Assembly: GCA_039922795.1 (NCBI GenBank)
Contig: JBDTEB010000109.1
Location: forward strand, 1 to 37,799
Length of the DNA: 37,799 nt
From: Chitinophagaceae bacterium
GTDB taxonomy: Bacteria > Bacteroidota > Bacteroidia > Chitinophagales > Chitinophagaceae
Reading direction: 5' to 3'
The notes beneath the pieces are model-generated. The model saw nothing but the letters and a program-made list of their open reading frames with translations, had not been told where the DNA came from and did not search any database. Every line of letters begins with the position of its first letter. Positions within the stretch are counted from its first letter, which is position 1. The position numbers and the translations under genes are program-made. Of this stretch, positions 35,734-37,799 are shown piece by piece.

Positions 35734-36705
35734 TCAATCAAAACTCTGGTTGCTTGCGGCAGCAAGCTTTAGCAAACGGTCAAATTGTTCCGGGGTAATA
35801 TCGTTATAGAAAAAATATACAGGATCGAGAGGTCTGTCATTTTTATGTACTTCGTAATGACAATGCGGGCCTGTTGACTTTCCCGTACTTCCGACATACC
35901 CGATTACAGTACCACGTTTCACATGTTCTCCTCGACGGGCCTTTACGCGAAACATATGTCCGTATAATGTTTCATAACCATATCCATGATTGATCACAAC
36001 ATGATTTCCATATCCGTTGCCACTATTCCCGGCCTCGCTCACTACGCCATCGGCGGTGGCGTAAATCGGTGTTCCCTGTGGTGCTGCGAAATCAAGCCCC
36101 GCATGCATTTTCACCGTTTTATACACGGGATCGATCCTGTATCCAAACCCAGAAGCTATACGGGTAAGAGATTTATTACTTACCGGCTGAATGGCGGGGG
36201 TACTGGCAAGCAATACCTGTTTATTTTTTACAAAACCCATGATATCCTTAAACGACTTGTCCTGAAAAGCCATCCTGAGGCTGAGGTTATTTATTGTTTT
36301 GGCAATGGCGCCAGAAAGCGAATTTTGATTCATCCCTTCAACAAGTATCAGTTCCTTCTGTTTTTCCATAGCCTTTGCCCGGGCACTGTCGGGTACGGGA
36401 TTCGCTTCGAAAATGGCCCGGTAAACATCATTGTCACGTTCCTCCAGTTCCTCCATTTTATCATTAAGCCGGTCAACGTCCGATCCCATGGCCTGCAACG
36501 CATCCCTGGAAGATTCATATTGCTGACGCAGCAGTTTCTCTTTGGGAGAGTCGATGTATTTAAATGCTATGGAAACTAGTATCAGCGCGGTGACCATTGA
36601 AGATGCCAGGAAACCGAGCAGGCGGAGAAGCTTCACCCTTAGCGGGGTATCCAGTTTCTCATACCTGAGCGTGTTGGTATTGTAGAAGTACTTGATCTTT
36701 TTCAT
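35734..36705 (-). CDS. M23 family metallopeptidase (TM anchor + coiled coil + LytM domain)
   Basis: 323 aa. It has HAGLDFAAPQGTPIYATADG and GPHCHYEV. Confidence 0.85.
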   Translation of the reverse strand: MKKIKYFYNTNTLRYEKLDTPLRVKLLRLLGFLASSMVTALILVSIAFKYIDSPKEKLLRQQYESSRDALQAMGSDVDRLNDKMEELEERDNDVYRAIFEANPVPDSARAKAMEKQKELILVEGMNQNSLSGAIAKTINNLSLRMAFQDKSFKDIMGFVKNKQVLLASTPAIQPVSNKSLTRIASGFGYRIDPVYKTVKMHAGLDFAAPQGTPIYATADGVVSEAGNSGNGYGNHVVINHGYGYETLYGHMFRVKARRGEHVKRGTVIGYVGSTGKSTGPHCHYEVHKNDRPLDPVYFFYNDITPEQFDRLLKLAAASNQSFD

Positions 36706-36898
36706 CGCCTTTTGTCACCCTCAACACATCTTATGCGTGAATATTGAATACGTATATTTGCTGCTCTCCCAACCGCGGTATACAAACCTACATTAAAATG
36801 CTGATTGCACAATGTTAGGAAAAGCAGGTATCCGGGGCATTAAACTGGCTGAAAATGAACAGTTTATTTCGGGAAGATGACCACCTCCCATTTTTTAA

Positions 36899-37799
36899 AT
36901 GATGCAGTTTATGATGCAAAGCAACGAGATCAGGAAGGCTTTCCTGGATTTTTTTAAAGATAAAGGACACGAGATAGTACCCTCTGCGCCGATCGTCGTA
37001 AAGAACGATCCCACCCTGCTTTTTACCAATGCGGGAATGAACCAGTTCAAAGATTATTTTCTTGGCAACAAACCCTCTCCTTATCCCCGTATAGCCGATA
37101 CTCAAAAATGTTTGCGCGTAAGCGGTAAACACAATGACCTTGAAGAGGTTGGCGTGGACACCTATCACCATACCATGTTTGAAATGCTTGGCAACTGGAG
37201 CTTTGGTGATTATTTCAAAAAAGAAGCAATCGCCTGGAGCTGGGAACTGCTTACCAAAGTGTATAACCTTTCTCCGGATCAACTATATGTTTCTGTATTT
37301 GAAGGTGATCCCCTTGACGGTCTTCCTGCAGATGAAGAAGCACTCACGGAATGGAAGAAATGGGTAAATCCTGATATGATCATCTTCGGAAGCAAGAAAG
37401 ACAATTTTTGGGAGATGGGTGATACAGGTCCCTGCGGTCCGTGTACAGAAATCCATGTCGATTGCCGACCAATAGAAGACAGGCTTGCATTGCCAGGGAA
37501 AAACCTGGTAAATGCCGATCATCCTCAGGTTATCGAGATCTGGAACAATGTATTCATCCAGTTTAACAGGTTGAAAGATGGCTCCCTGGAACCCCTTCCA
37601 GCCAGGCATGTGGATACGGGAATGGGCCTTGAAAGACTGGTTCGTGTAATGCAGCAAAAGCAAAGCAATTACGATACGGATATTTTTACGGGTACAATAA
37701 ATAGACTGGAAAATATCACCGGCCAGGTTTATTCAGGAAGCGATGAAAAAAAGGATATCGCGTTTCGGGTAATCTCTGATCATATCAGGGCCATCTGCT
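36899..37799 (+). CDS. alaS: alanine--tRNA ligase, N-terminal part running off the right edge
   Basis: Absent from the ORF track because it has no stop in the window. The frame opens after the TAA at 36896-36898, with ATGs at 36899, 36902, 36911 and 36914. The translation reads ...[29 protein letters not shown]...[10 protein letters not shown]...[18 protein letters not shown]...[10 protein letters not shown]. The likely true start is 36911 or 36914. Confidence 0.95.
   Translation, partial: MMQFMMQSNEIRKAFLDFFKDKGHEIVPSAPIVVKNDPTLLFTNAGMNQFKDYFLGNKPSPYPRIADTQKCLRVSGKHNDLEEVGVDTYHHTMFEMLGNWSFGDYFKKEAIAWSWELLTKVYNLSPDQLYVSVFEGDPLDGLPADEEALTEWKKWVNPDMIIFGSKKDNFWEMGDTGPCGPCTEIHVDCRPIEDRLALPGKNLVNADHPQVIEIWNNVFIQFNRLKDGSLEPLPARHVDTGMGLERLVRVMQQKQSNYDTDIFTGTINRLENITGQVYSGSDEKKDIAFRVISDHIRAIC

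Noticed and set aside
36815-37663. Minus-strand ORFs 36815..37282 (155 aa) and 37283..37663 (126 aa).
   Set aside because: They are antisense to an unmistakable alaS reading frame, and their composition is typical of shadow frames.

Overview
This window reads as a mostly housekeeping chromosomal segment of a Bacteroidota genome. The taxon call rests on the gldE-gldD gliding genes, TAnnTTTG-type -7 boxes, almost no Shine-Dalgarno sites and frequent TTG/GTG starts. I support about 36 protein genes: holB, a glutathione peroxidase, comF, radA, rng, HU, mutY, ssb, gldE, gldD, a DUF3109 protein, lutB-like, purH, comEC, carB, two M23 peptidases, bcp, birA, rsfS, ftsH, a LUD/LutC-like protein, lpxH, an MscS-family channel, a MerR regulator, alaS and several hypotheticals. 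The ORF track misses three real things. One is alaS, which is open at the right edge; the two minus-strand track ORFs there are antisense shadows. The others are a PSP1/RicT-like fragment at the left edge and a 31-codon Lys/Arg-rich ORF at 8068-8163. I saw no rRNA, tRNA, CRISPR array, transposase or integrase.

The one stretch that is not ordinary is 18369-22151. By my hand count it is about one third non-coding, against about 9% in the rest of the window. It is bracketed by two unrelated tandem arrays: 8 x 27 nt just upstream of the purH promoter, and about 8.5 x 17 nt with a 51-nt higher-order period between carB and comEC. It also holds inverted copies of a short hairpin element flanking comEC, plus-strand-facing terminator-like hairpins among minus-strand genes, and an orphan lipoprotein plus 2-TM mini-protein operon. 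I cannot assign a function to this assembly, and I see no evidence for any known defence or mobile system. All functional calls come from motif recognition by eye; no searches or computations beyond hand counting were run.
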